Origin: Candidatus Omnitrophota bacterium
GTDB taxonomy: Bacteria > Omnitrophota > Gorgyraeia > Gygaellales > Profunditerraquicolaceae
Reading direction: 5' to 3'
Length of the DNA stretch: 64,000 nt
Assembly (NCBI GenBank): GCA_041662125.1
Contig: JBAZTA010000007.1
Span: 25,490 to 89,489 of the forward strand
The notes under the pieces were generated by a model, which worked only from the letters and a program-made list of their open reading frames with translations, was not told the origin of the DNA and made no database searches. Of the stretch, positions 19,511-29,662 are shown piece after piece (position 1 is the stretch's first letter; each line of letters opens with the position of its first letter). The position numbers were made by a program, and so were the translations under genes.

Positions 19511-21900
19511 GAGATAAGCCAATGGTTCTAGAACGCAGGGTTTCGGTTATAATTTTCTTGTATCTGGCATGTTTCTTCGCGGATTCATCTGCCAGGAGGC
19601 TTGCTTTGGCAGGAGAGCCGTTGACTGACCCCTCTGTTACGCTAGCCGCTCCTGAAAGTATGGTTGCTCCTCTGGCTGAAAAGAAGCTTTCTTCATCGGA
19701 ATTAGTCGATAAGGCATGGGAAGCTCACGGGCAGAAAGATGTGGCTTTTACCTTTGAATATACCAAACAATGTATTGATCTCTATAAAGATGAAGCTGAC
19801 AGGCTTCAGGCATCTTTAAGAGAGCTTCCTCGCGGTAAGAAGGAAATCGAAGCTGTGCAGGTTTTAAACGATGTGGCGACTGTGTATTTCATACAGGGGG
19901 AATCTTACCGTAACCAGGGGAAGAAAGAGGATGCCATCAAGACATTTCAGGTTATTGCCGATAAATATTTTTATGCCCAGGCATGGGACCAGCGCGGATG
20001 GTTTTGGGTCATCGCTAAAACTGCCCAGGAAGCTATCGCCCAGCTCAAAGATACTGCCGGTATAGCTAAGCCGGTGGCAGTAAAAAAAGCAAGCCAGCTT
20101 TCTACCAAAATCACGTTATATGATCAGGGGAAAAAAGATTTTATCGATTATGCAGAATACGGGGAATTTAAGAATGTCGGAACTAAGGATTATCACTATG
20201 TAGTCAAAGACCAGGATGGATTAAGTGTTGCTGTCGGAGAAGGTATATATCCGAACACCTCTTCTATCCGTTGGGACCCTGAATATAAGAAAACGCAGAA
20301 AACAGGCAGGTTGGAGGGAAGCCACTGGGATTTTGTTAATTCTCCCGATTTAGAAGCCTCATTCTTAAAATGGGCTACTGCTCCTGAGCCCCCGGGCGTG
20401 AAAATGTTTTATACGGCTTTACTTTTGGAGAAATCAGGTTTAATCAAACATGCGATTAAATGTTATTATTCGATCGTGGTACATTTCCCCGGAAGTTACG
20501 GATGGACCTATTGGCATACGCCATGGTATGTGGGCCAGGCAGCTATCGCCAAGATCAATTTTCTTTTACGCAATAATCCTCAGCTGGGCTATCGGCTTAT
20601 TGATGCCGACATTACTATCACCAACGGTTTTGACCATGACCTTTCCAATGACGTGATCATGACCAACCCCGGCAAATTCGTGAAAGTCGGGTTGTTGAAT
20701 AAAATAAAATCAAAAACTCAGCAGGATTCAATGAGTGTGAAGCGGACACTGGGTAACGGTAAGGTTCATCTGGCGCAATATGTGAATGGGGATTGGCAGC
20801 TGATCGTTGATGATAAGCCGTTTTTCGTTAAGGCGATCACGTATTCTCCTACCAAAATAGGGCAATCTCCCGACGAGCATACTTTAGGGGATTGGGAGTA
20901 TGAAGATTTTAATAAAAACGGTAAGATCGATGGTCCCTATGATGCGTTTGTAGACGCCAATAAAAATGGCAGCCAGGATGCCGATGAGCCGGGGGTGGGG
21001 GACTTTAAATTAATGCAGGATATGGGGGTTAATTCTATACGGTTGTATCATCATCCGCTTAAAGTGAATAAAGAGTTATTGCGCGACCTTTATAAGACAT
21101 ATGGTATCCGCGTTATTATGGGGGACTTTTTTGGCAAATACGCGATCGGTTCAGGGGCGAAGTGGAATCCCGGGACTGATTATATGAATGAAGAACAGAA
21201 AAAGAACATGCTTGATTCTGTCTTGAAGATGGTCGCAGAATATAAGGATGAGCCGTTTATTTTATTCTGGCTTTTAGGTAACGAGAACGTATACGGGTAT
21301 GCCTGTAACGCGGATAAAGAGCCGGATGCGTTCTTTACCTTCGCCAATGAAGCGGCAAAACAGATCAAGGCGATTGATCCGGATCATCCTGTTGCCATCT
21401 GCAGTGGCGATGTCCTTTACCTGGATAAATTCGGTAAAAATGCTCCGGATATCGATATGTTCGGGACCAATGCCTACCGGGGCAATTATGGTTTTGGTTT
21501 CCTGTGGAAACAAGTAAAAGAGCAGGCTGATAGGCCGGCATTTATTACTGAGTATGGATGCCCGGCTTTTGCCGAAGGCAAGCCTTCTGAAGAAGCCGAA
21601 GAACTTCAGTCAGAATATCATCGTGGCACCTGGGAGGATATCGAGAACAATATGGCATTTTCCGATGGGGCCGGTAATTCTGTCGGCGGAGTCGTTTTTG
21701 AATGGGTCGATGAATGGTGGAAAGCCTATGAACCGTTTATCCATGATACAAAAGGATTATTTACCGGGCCGTTCCCGGATGGTTTTATGCATGAAGAATG
21801 GCTTGGTTTGTGCGGCCAGGGTAATAGTAAGTCGAGCCCATTTTTGCGGCAGTTACGCAAAGCATATTTTATGTATAAGAAAAAATGGAAAGTGAAATAA
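19507..21900 (+). CDS. secreted/anchored glycoside hydrolase, clan GH-A TIM-barrel (GH2/GH5-like) with ~350-aa N-terminal extension
   Basis: N-terminal hydrophobic segment. Candidate acid/base in LLGNENVYGY and nucleophile in AFITEYGCP (compare ITEYG of GH2 glucuronidase). Paralogous to the 23332-24585 protein. The start overlaps the stop of the upstream permease gene. Confidence 0.6.
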   Translation: MRDKPMVLERRVSVIIFLYLACFFADSSARRLALAGEPLTDPSVTLAAPESMVAPLAEKKLSSSELVDKAWEAHGQKDVAFTFEYTKQCIDLYKDEADRLQASLRELPRGKKEIEAVQVLNDVATVYFIQGESYRNQGKKEDAIKTFQVIADKYFYAQAWDQRGWFWVIAKTAQEAIAQLKDTAGIAKPVAVKKASQLSTKITLYDQGKKDFIDYAEYGEFKNVGTKDYHYVVKDQDGLSVAVGEGIYPNTSSIRWDPEYKKTQKTGRLEGSHWDFVNSPDLEASFLKWATAPEPPGVKMFYTALLLEKSGLIKHAIKCYYSIVVHFPGSYGWTYWHTPWYVGQAAIAKINFLLRNNPQLGYRLIDADITITNGFDHDLSNDVIMTNPGKFVKVGLLNKIKSKTQQDSMSVKRTLGNGKVHLAQYVNGDWQLIVDDKPFFVKAITYSPTKIGQSPDEHTLGDWEYEDFNKNGKIDGPYDAFVDANKNGSQDADEPGVGDFKLMQDMGVNSIRLYHHPLKVNKELLRDLYKTYGIRVIMGDFFGKYAIGSGAKWNPGTDYMNEEQKKNMLDSVLKMVAEYKDEPFILFWLLGNENVYGYACNADKEPDAFFTFANEAAKQIKAIDPDHPVAICSGDVLYLDKFGKNAPDIDMFGTNAYRGNYGFGFLWKQVKEQADRPAFITEYGCPAFAEGKPSEEAEELQSEYHRGTWEDIENNMAFSDGAGNSVGGVVFEWVDEWWKAYEPFIHDTKGLFTGPFPDGFMHEEWLGLCGQGNSKSSPFLRQLRKAYFMYKKKWKVK

Positions 21901-22044
21901 TATGCGAGGGGGTAGAAAGGAGGTTGCAGTAGGCGAACCAGAAAAACTTAAAAATAAATTATAGGGCCGTGTTTTTTGCAGAGACTTCCTAAATCCTTTG
22001 CAAATATGTTTTCAATGGAACGGCAATTACTAAGGAGGAGAAAG

Positions 22045-23202
22045 ATGAAAAAGTTGGTGCTGATGGTGATGGCAATAGGTGCCTGCTTTTCCTTAGCTTT
22101 CGCTCAGGAAAAGGCTGTTGATAAGGCTGCTGCTGTAAAAGAGTTTGTTGTTTATTCGGATAAAGGCGCGCGTGATAACCACTATATTCCTTCCGGTTGG
22201 ATGGGTGATTACGGCGATATTAAGCTTAATGATCAGGCAACTGATAAGCCTCACTCCGGGACTACCTGTATGCAATTTATTTATTCCGCGAAGAAAACGC
22301 AAGGCCAGGGATGGGCAGGCGTTTATTGGCAGAATCCCGCGAATAACTGGGGTACCAAAAAAGGCGGATTCGACCTGACCGGTATGACCAAACTTACGTT
22401 CTGGGCACGGGGTGCCAAGGGCGGAGAAGTATTGCAGAAGGTTGTTGTCGGTGGTATTAAAGGGACATATCCTGATTCTACATCAGTAGAATTCGGCCCT
22501 ATTGAATTGACTGACAATTGGAAAGAATTTACCGTTAATGTGGCAGGGAAAGACCTTTCGTATGTTAACGGCGGTTTTGGATGGGTTGCGACAAATGATC
22601 TTACTCCTGAAGGCTGCACTTTTTATCTGGATGATATTAAGTTTGTAGCTGATCCTACCGTGAAACCTGCAAGCAAGAAGCAGGAAGCAGTGCCATTTTA
22701 TATTTACTCAGACCGTTCCTCAGCGAACAATCATTTTATTCCTTCTGGATGGATGGGTGATTACGGTGATATAAAATATGATGGCGCTTCCAAGGAAGAC
22801 CCGTATTTAGGCGATACCTGTATTAAGATCCTTTACAGCGGCAAGGCGACTCAAGGAGCCCGCTGGGCAGGTATCTATTGGCAGAATCCCGCGAATAACT
22901 GGGGTACCATTGATGGGGGATTTGACCTTTCCAAAGCTACTAAGTTTACGTTCTGGGCACGGGGTGCCAAAGGTGGCGAAAGGATCGAAGAATTTAAGTC
23001 CGGCGGCATTATGGGAGAATATTCTGATTCAGATACTGCCAGTATCGGCCCGGTTATCCTGAACAAGGAATGGACGCAATACACTATCGATTTAAAAGGA
23101 AAGGATCTGTCTTTTATTATCGGTGGGTTTGCCTGGGCGACCAACATCGATGTTAATCCGGAAGGAGCTTCTTTTTATCTGGATGAAGTTAAATACGAAT
23201 AA
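22045..23202 (+). CDS. secreted protein made of two tandem ~175-aa repeats (carbohydrate-binding-module-like)
   Basis: The ATG at 22045 follows AAGGAGGAG and opens a signal peptide (MKKLVLMVMAIGACFSLAFA). The domain IPSGWMGDYGDIK...WAG[VI]YWQNPANNWGT...TFWARGAKGGE...GGF[GA]W occurs twice. The ORF-track start at 21976 is probably an over-extension. Confidence 0.5.
   Translation: MKKLVLMVMAIGACFSLAFAQEKAVDKAAAVKEFVVYSDKGARDNHYIPSGWMGDYGDIKLNDQATDKPHSGTTCMQFIYSAKKTQGQGWAGVYWQNPANNWGTKKGGFDLTGMTKLTFWARGAKGGEVLQKVVVGGIKGTYPDSTSVEFGPIELTDNWKEFTVNVAGKDLSYVNGGFGWVATNDLTPEGCTFYLDDIKFVADPTVKPASKKQEAVPFYIYSDRSSANNHFIPSGWMGDYGDIKYDGASKEDPYLGDTCIKILYSGKATQGARWAGIYWQNPANNWGTIDGGFDLSKATKFTFWARGAKGGERIEEFKSGGIMGEYSDSDTASIGPVILNKEWTQYTIDLKGKDLSFIIGGFAWATNIDVNPEGASFYLDEVKYE
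22213..23199 (+). repeat. intragenic tandem duplication (two ~500-bp units) with stretches of near-identical nucleotides
   Basis: For example, tattggcagaatcccgcgaataactggggtacc occurs at ~22327-22360 and again at ~22881-22913. acgttctgggcacggggtgccaa occurs at ~22397 and ~22948. The repeats also create mirrored spurious antisense ORFs (22323-22619 and 22875-23147, both ending ...VPQLFAGFCQ). Confidence 0.7.
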
Positions 23203-23331
23203 TAATTGCTTAGGTTTAGCCCCGTGCCATCATGGCCGGGCTATAGACGAATAGAAAATCGTTAATTCACTTGAGTCCGTTATCAAAATGATAACGGACT
23301 CAAGCGTTTTTTAACCACCACACACACCGTA

Positions 23332-24585
23332 ATGAAAAAGCAAAATTTTCTTTATTCCGTTTTTATCATTATTTCTTTTTTCTTAATGGGGATGAGCGCT
23401 AAAACTATTCCCCGGGTCTATATAAAACAGCTTAAGAACGGCCATTATCAATTAATGGTTAATAAGAAGCCCTATCTTATCAAGGGGGTTTGTTATAACC
23501 CTGTTTCTATCGGAGAAACCTCAAATTTTGATTGGTGGTCTAATCAGTATAAACCCTGGCTTGTTGATGGGAAACTTATGAAAGCCATGGGCGTTAACAC
23601 CGTCAGGTTTTATCAGCCTGGAGAGAATCCTGAAGCGGTCAAGATTGTTATCAGTGATTTGTATGAGCAATATGGGATTCGTTCGGTTATGGGGCATTGG
23701 CTCGGGTTTTGGGAATACCCCTGTCCCTTCTATGGCGATAAGCCATTCCAGGATAAAGTAAAAAAGGAAGTTTTGGAAATGGTAAACGCCTACAAGGATG
23801 AGCCGGGAATCCTGATGTGGGTTTTGGGGAATGAAAATAACTATTCATGTTTGAACCTTGTTCATCCCTGGTCGAATGAAGAGATCGATAAAGAGCCCGA
23901 TCCTCAGAAGCAAAAGAATATGCGCGCTCGGATTTATTATTCTTTTGTGAATGAGCTGGCAAAAGAGATACACGCGATAGACCCCAATCACCCGGTAGCA
24001 TTAGGCAACGGTGAGCTTATCGGTTTAGAGGTTGCCAATGAAGTCTGTCGGGATGTTGATTTAGTCGCTTGTATCATTTACCGCGGGAAGATGTTCGGCA
24101 ATTTATTCAATTCTTTAAAACTGACTTTTGATAAGCCGCTTTTTATCTCGGAATTCGGCGCGGACTGTTATGACGCTTTCCAGAAGAAAGAAGACCAGAA
24201 TATGCAGGCGTTTTTCCTGGAGTCACAGTGGCGGCAGATCTATAATAATTTGGCAAAGAGCGCTGAAGGGCCGGGTAATTGTTTGGGGGGGACGATGTTT
24301 GAATGGAATGATGAGTGGTGGAAGCATAATGAATATAGCCCTGACGGATGGAGCCTGCACGATACGGAATCAAACTGGTCAAACGGGAGCTATTATTTTG
24401 ATATTAAAGCTGAAAAGAATATGAATATGAATGAGGAGTGGTTCGGTATTGTTGCTTTGTCCGCAGAAGAGAAAGAGAACGGCCTGGACAAGCGGATACC
24501 TCGTAAGGCATACTATGTTGTCCGGGAATTCTGGAGGAAACCAGTGCTAGAAGTTAAAAGTATTCGGGGGAAAAAGCTAAAATGA
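23332..24585 (+). CDS. secreted glycoside hydrolase, clan GH-A TIM-barrel (paralogue of 19507-21900 catalytic domain)
   Basis: Signal peptide. Motifs MWVLGNENNY and LFISEFGADCYD plus ...FEWNDEWWK are shared with the upstream paralogue (VFEWVDEWWK). Confidence 0.6.
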   Translation: MKKQNFLYSVFIIISFFLMGMSAKTIPRVYIKQLKNGHYQLMVNKKPYLIKGVCYNPVSIGETSNFDWWSNQYKPWLVDGKLMKAMGVNTVRFYQPGENPEAVKIVISDLYEQYGIRSVMGHWLGFWEYPCPFYGDKPFQDKVKKEVLEMVNAYKDEPGILMWVLGNENNYSCLNLVHPWSNEEIDKEPDPQKQKNMRARIYYSFVNELAKEIHAIDPNHPVALGNGELIGLEVANEVCRDVDLVACIIYRGKMFGNLFNSLKLTFDKPLFISEFGADCYDAFQKKEDQNMQAFFLESQWRQIYNNLAKSAEGPGNCLGGTMFEWNDEWWKHNEYSPDGWSLHDTESNWSNGSYYFDIKAEKNMNMNEEWFGIVALSAEEKENGLDKRIPRKAYYVVREFWRKPVLEVKSIRGKKLK

Positions 24586-26231
24586 AAAAAGATACGCTAA
24601 ATTCAAAGCAAAGAGTTATGGTATGGGCACGAGTAGGTTTTGTTATATGTGTTTTGTGGGTTCACGTATTGGCAATGCCGATTCCTTCGCCCGCAGAGCA
24701 GGATACTACGATTGTAACCTTGACAAAACAGATCATGGATGCCAAAACCCGCGATAGCCTCTATAAAAGTTTTGAGGCCTTGGCTATTGATTACGCTTCG
24801 AGCCATAGGTATTCTGATTTTGTTGAATTCCTAAGGTCATTAGCTCAAAAGAAGCAATCACTTGATGTGTTCGTTCATTATTATATCGCTTTCGCCCGCT
24901 ACCAACAGCTTAAATATCTTGAAGAAACATTGGCCTGGGATGAATATTTTAGCCAAGGCAATACGTACCGGGAAGATATTATGACGAGCGCGCAGAAGGT
25001 TATCGACGGGGTTTCTGTAAAGGAGCCGCTTCGCGTTTATGCCCGGCTGGTTCTCTGGCAATTCCACCGGGACCAGCAGGATGCTTTTCATGAGCAGGCG
25101 CTTGTGGATCTGGCTCATGACGTGGCAGCGTACGCAGAAGAAGCAGAGGACCTGCGGCCCATCAGACAATCAGCGGATACCGTGTTAGCGTATGGCGAGA
25201 AAGGCATCTCACGTGAATTATATAAGATATATGTGAAAAAAACCATTCTTACTGTTACGAAAATAGATGAGCTTAATACCGCAGCGCTTGATTTTTATAA
25301 GCAGGGCAATATTGAACTGGCCCAGCTTATGTTTGAGGCGTATCTCACCTCGGTTACTACTTCTTTGCCGAAAGAAGAAGCACTCCCCCTTTTGAAAAAG
25401 ATCGTTTTCTTGTTTTCGTATAGAACGCAGGAAGGCCCTCAGGATTTATTGTATGCCGAAAGCGTCTTTGAAAAGATCTCTGCTGTCGGAGGTAAGGATA
25501 TTTTTGATGCTGAATTGCTTTACGCGCGGGCATTAAACGTTGAGAAAGCAAAAGAGTATGCTTTAGCGCAGGCGTATTATGAACAATTGGTACAGCGGTA
25601 TCCTGATTCTCGGTATATCGGTGAAGCATGTTTTAAACTCGGGGTAATGTATCTTTATTTTTCGCGTGATTTATTGACAGGGAAAGATTACTTGCAGAAG
25701 GCTGCTCAAAAAGAAGCGGGAAATCCTTATTGCCTGGCGAGTCTTTATCAGCTCGGGCTTTTGAGCCAGTGGGAAGATGCCTTTGATGCGGCAAAGAAAT
25801 ATTACGCAGATTGCCTGGAAAAAGCAAAAGGCGATTTCCCGGAAACACAATCCCTGGTAAATGACCGCATGATAGAAATAGAGGGGCAAAAGCCTCTTGA
25901 ATATAACCTGAAAACATTTTTAGATACTTCATTAAAACAAGGGTATGAGCATTTTGAAATGAATAAACTGGAATTAAAAGCCTCACCGTTAACAGCCAAA
26001 AAGGATGAGGCGCTGGCAGTGAGTGCTACGCCTTTTATGCCGGAAAGCGGCTGTATGCAGGTTTCTGTTGAATATCTTTGGTCGGGCAACCTTGGTAAAG
26101 AAAAGCCCTCTTCAGAGCAATCTTCTTTTCACGCCTCTTATAATGAACTCGGCCCCAAACTTATCGCTGTGGTTGCCGTTACTTCAAGCGGTATTATTGA
26201 CCGCAGTTTTGCTCTTGTCGACATATATTAG
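24582..26231 (+). CDS. hypothetical exported protein with TPR-like helical repeats
   Basis: N-terminal hydrophobic segment. Helical repeat character (AQAYYEQLVQRYPDSRYIGEACFKLGVMYLY...). The start overlaps the stop of the GH gene. Confidence 0.4.
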   Translation: MKKDTLNSKQRVMVWARVGFVICVLWVHVLAMPIPSPAEQDTTIVTLTKQIMDAKTRDSLYKSFEALAIDYASSHRYSDFVEFLRSLAQKKQSLDVFVHYYIAFARYQQLKYLEETLAWDEYFSQGNTYREDIMTSAQKVIDGVSVKEPLRVYARLVLWQFHRDQQDAFHEQALVDLAHDVAAYAEEAEDLRPIRQSADTVLAYGEKGISRELYKIYVKKTILTVTKIDELNTAALDFYKQGNIELAQLMFEAYLTSVTTSLPKEEALPLLKKIVFLFSYRTQEGPQDLLYAESVFEKISAVGGKDIFDAELLYARALNVEKAKEYALAQAYYEQLVQRYPDSRYIGEACFKLGVMYLYFSRDLLTGKDYLQKAAQKEAGNPYCLASLYQLGLLSQWEDAFDAAKKYYADCLEKAKGDFPETQSLVNDRMIEIEGQKPLEYNLKTFLDTSLKQGYEHFEMNKLELKASPLTAKKDEALAVSATPFMPESGCMQVSVEYLWSGNLGKEKPSSEQSSFHASYNELGPKLIAVVAVTSSGIIDRSFALVDIY

Positions 26232-26301
26232 ATTCGATAGCTTTCTTAAAAGCGGAATTTAAAATATTGAGACGTTCAATGTAACCCTGACACACTTTCG
26301 T

Positions 26302-27858
26302 ATGAAGCGATATTTTTTCTTGATAGTAATCATTATCGTAGGCTTCTATTTCAGGACAGTAAATTCCTATACTGTTGTTGTGAATGAGCAGGGGGAGTGG
26401 GACAATATCACCCGGATATTGATGCTCATTTTCGAGAATGGTAACCCGCATTATTTTATACACCCCACCCTTTTTTATTATATATCCGCAGGATTCCTCC
26501 TTATCCCGTTTATTGTATTTAAATTCTTGTATGCAGGAACAGCTCAGGTAAGCGTGTTAGTCAGGTTATTCCTTGAACATGAGGGGGCAGTTGCTTTTTA
26601 TCTGCGTTTTATCCCCATTATTTTTGGCACCTTAAGCATACTGATCGTTTATAAGATCGCAAAAAGGATTTGGGATACCAAAGCCGGGTTATTTTCTGCC
26701 CTTTTATGTTGTTTGAGTCCGCTGCATATACAGTATTCAAGGCAAATACGGGTGGATAGTGTTTTTGTCTTTTTTTTGCTCTTTGCGTTTTACTTTATAT
26801 ACCGGCTTTACGAAACGGGTAAGCTTAAGTATTATGTTTGGAGCGGCTTGGCGATTGGATTAGCGCTTTCTACCAATTATAACGGCGCGCTTTTGTTCGG
26901 TATCTTAACCGTAGCGCATGTATTAAAAAATAAACATACCGATAAAGGGCAGAATCTTGAGCTTGCCGAAAGCGCGTTTTTAATCTACTCGGCGGGCCTT
27001 GCTCTTTCTGTTTTTTTGTTCACTTCTCCCTATATTGTGATAGATAATGAATCGTTTAAGGCAGATTTTTTGTATCAATCAGGTTTAACTTTTAAAATTC
27101 ATCCGGGAAGCGAAGGTAATAATTCTTACTATTATATGTTATTTGAGCAGGGCTTTTTTTACGCGTTGCTTTGTATCGTATCCATGATTTATTTTATTTC
27201 TTTGGGGAAAATCAAGGAAAGATTTTTAATTGTTTTTCCGTTGGTATATTTTATTATTTTTCAGTTTTATGTAGCTTCAAAATTTGACAGGTTTATGTTG
27301 CCTGTTTTTACATTTATGTGTATTGTGATCGGGGGTTTTTGCTCGAGAAGCAAAAAATGGTTTCCGATCACCGTGATAGCACTCCTTTTGGCTTGTTGGC
27401 TGATTCCCTTGACGGATCGTCAGCTGCAAGAAAGGCGCGCGCTTGAATCGCAAAGCCCAAGCGTTGCTCTTTTAACCTGGCTGCAGGCTCATGTAACCAG
27501 GGATTCAAGAATATTTATTGAAGTAGAAGTCGCTCCTTTAATATCGGTGGCTTGTGATAACAATCGGATGTCTAAAGAATTCAGAGAAGTTATGCGGGAG
27601 AAATATCCTATTATAAATTCCTCTTTTTTGTTTGGCGATATCCGCAATCAAGCCAATTACGAATCGGTCTTAAAAGATAATAAAGGGATCGATTATGCGA
27701 TTATATACGAGAGGAATTGGGGATATGTAAAGAATAGTTTGGCTGAGGAGAATCGTTCTGTGAAAGATTTTTATATGTTTTTAGAGAAGAATGGAGCGCT
27801 TGTATTCGAGGGGCGTTATAGTGCTCAACGCGGATTTAAGGTTTATAAGCTTAACTAA
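26302..27858 (+). CDS. polytopic membrane glycosyltransferase, GT-C fold (ArnT/PMT/GT39-like)
   Basis: About 11 predicted TM helices in the N-terminal two-thirds and a soluble C-terminal domain, the typical ArnT/PMT layout. Family assignment rests on topology and composition only. Confidence 0.45.
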   Translation: MKRYFFLIVIIIVGFYFRTVNSYTVVVNEQGEWDNITRILMLIFENGNPHYFIHPTLFYYISAGFLLIPFIVFKFLYAGTAQVSVLVRLFLEHEGAVAFYLRFIPIIFGTLSILIVYKIAKRIWDTKAGLFSALLCCLSPLHIQYSRQIRVDSVFVFFLLFAFYFIYRLYETGKLKYYVWSGLAIGLALSTNYNGALLFGILTVAHVLKNKHTDKGQNLELAESAFLIYSAGLALSVFLFTSPYIVIDNESFKADFLYQSGLTFKIHPGSEGNNSYYYMLFEQGFFYALLCIVSMIYFISLGKIKERFLIVFPLVYFIIFQFYVASKFDRFMLPVFTFMCIVIGGFCSRSKKWFPITVIALLLACWLIPLTDRQLQERRALESQSPSVALLTWLQAHVTRDSRIFIEVEVAPLISVACDNNRMSKEFREVMREKYPIINSSFLFGDIRNQANYESVLKDNKGIDYAIIYERNWGYVKNSLAEENRSVKDFYMFLEKNGALVFEGRYSAQRGFKVYKLN

Positions 27859-27873
27859 AGCGATGCGTTAAAT

Positions 27874-27950
27874 TGGTTGCGGGGAGAGGATTTGAACCTC
27901 TGACCTTTAGGTTATGAGCCTAACGAGCTACCAGGCTGCTCCACCCCGCG
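27874..27950 (-). tRNA. initiator tRNA-fMet (anticodon CAU)
   Basis: The reverse complement is CGCGGGGTGGAGCAGCCTGGTAGCTCGTTAGGCTCATAACCTAAAGGTCAGAGGTTCAAATCCTCTCCCCGCAACCA. It is nearly identical in the acceptor, D and T arms to E. coli tRNA-fMet and has the C1xA72 mismatch. The anticodon loop is CUCAUAA and CCA is encoded. Confidence 0.85.
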
Positions 27951-27955
27951 ATCAT

Positions 27956-28228
27956 TTATTCATCTTGAGGGATTATCCGAACAGGGACTTCGTTTTTACG
28001 GACAACTCCCATTTTTTCCCTGACAATCTTTTCCTGATAGAAGGAATCGTTTTCTATCCGTTTGATTTCTTTTTGGAGGAACGTGTTTTCCGCGGCTAAG
28101 CGTTTAGTCTTTTCTTCCAGGTCAAGGTTTCTTTCTTTGAGTTCTTGCAGTTTTGTATATCCGGGAAGAAAGATGATCAATGCCAGAAGTATGCCCCCCC
28201 AGAGGTACAAGGTCTTCTTTAATAACAT
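27956..28228 (-). CDS. ftsB: septum formation initiator family protein (FtsB/DivIC-like)
   Basis: N-terminal TM segment plus a coiled coil (LQELKERNLDLEEKTKRLAAENTFLQKEIKRIEND). The conserved position immediately downstream of eno is typical of ftsB. Confidence 0.6.
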   Translation of the reverse strand: MLLKKTLYLWGGILLALIIFLPGYTKLQELKERNLDLEEKTKRLAAENTFLQKEIKRIENDSFYQEKIVREKMGVVRKNEVPVRIIPQDE

Positions 28229-28231
28229 ACA

Positions 28232-29512
<1,281 letters not shown>

Positions 29513-29662
29513 TTATCGAATAAACCTTAGGTATCGTAGGGATACGTATATACTTCTTTTAACAGAAAAAAGATTATAACATGCAAAATGTGCATGGTCA
29601 AGAAAATAAAATTTGACTTATGAATGCTCTTGTGATATCTTATTTCTCTGAAGGGAGTTACT

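Noticed and set aside
21976-22044. Upstream extension of the tandem-repeat secreted protein (MQRLPKSFANMFSMERQLLRRRK)
   Set aside because: A strong RBS and a canonical signal peptide begin at the internal ATG at 22045.
22323-23147. Antisense ORFs 22323-22619 and 22875-23147 with near-identical C-termini (...VPQLFAGFCQ)
   Set aside because: They are mirror images of the tandem duplicated coding repeats of the plus-strand secreted protein, so they are artefacts of the duplication.
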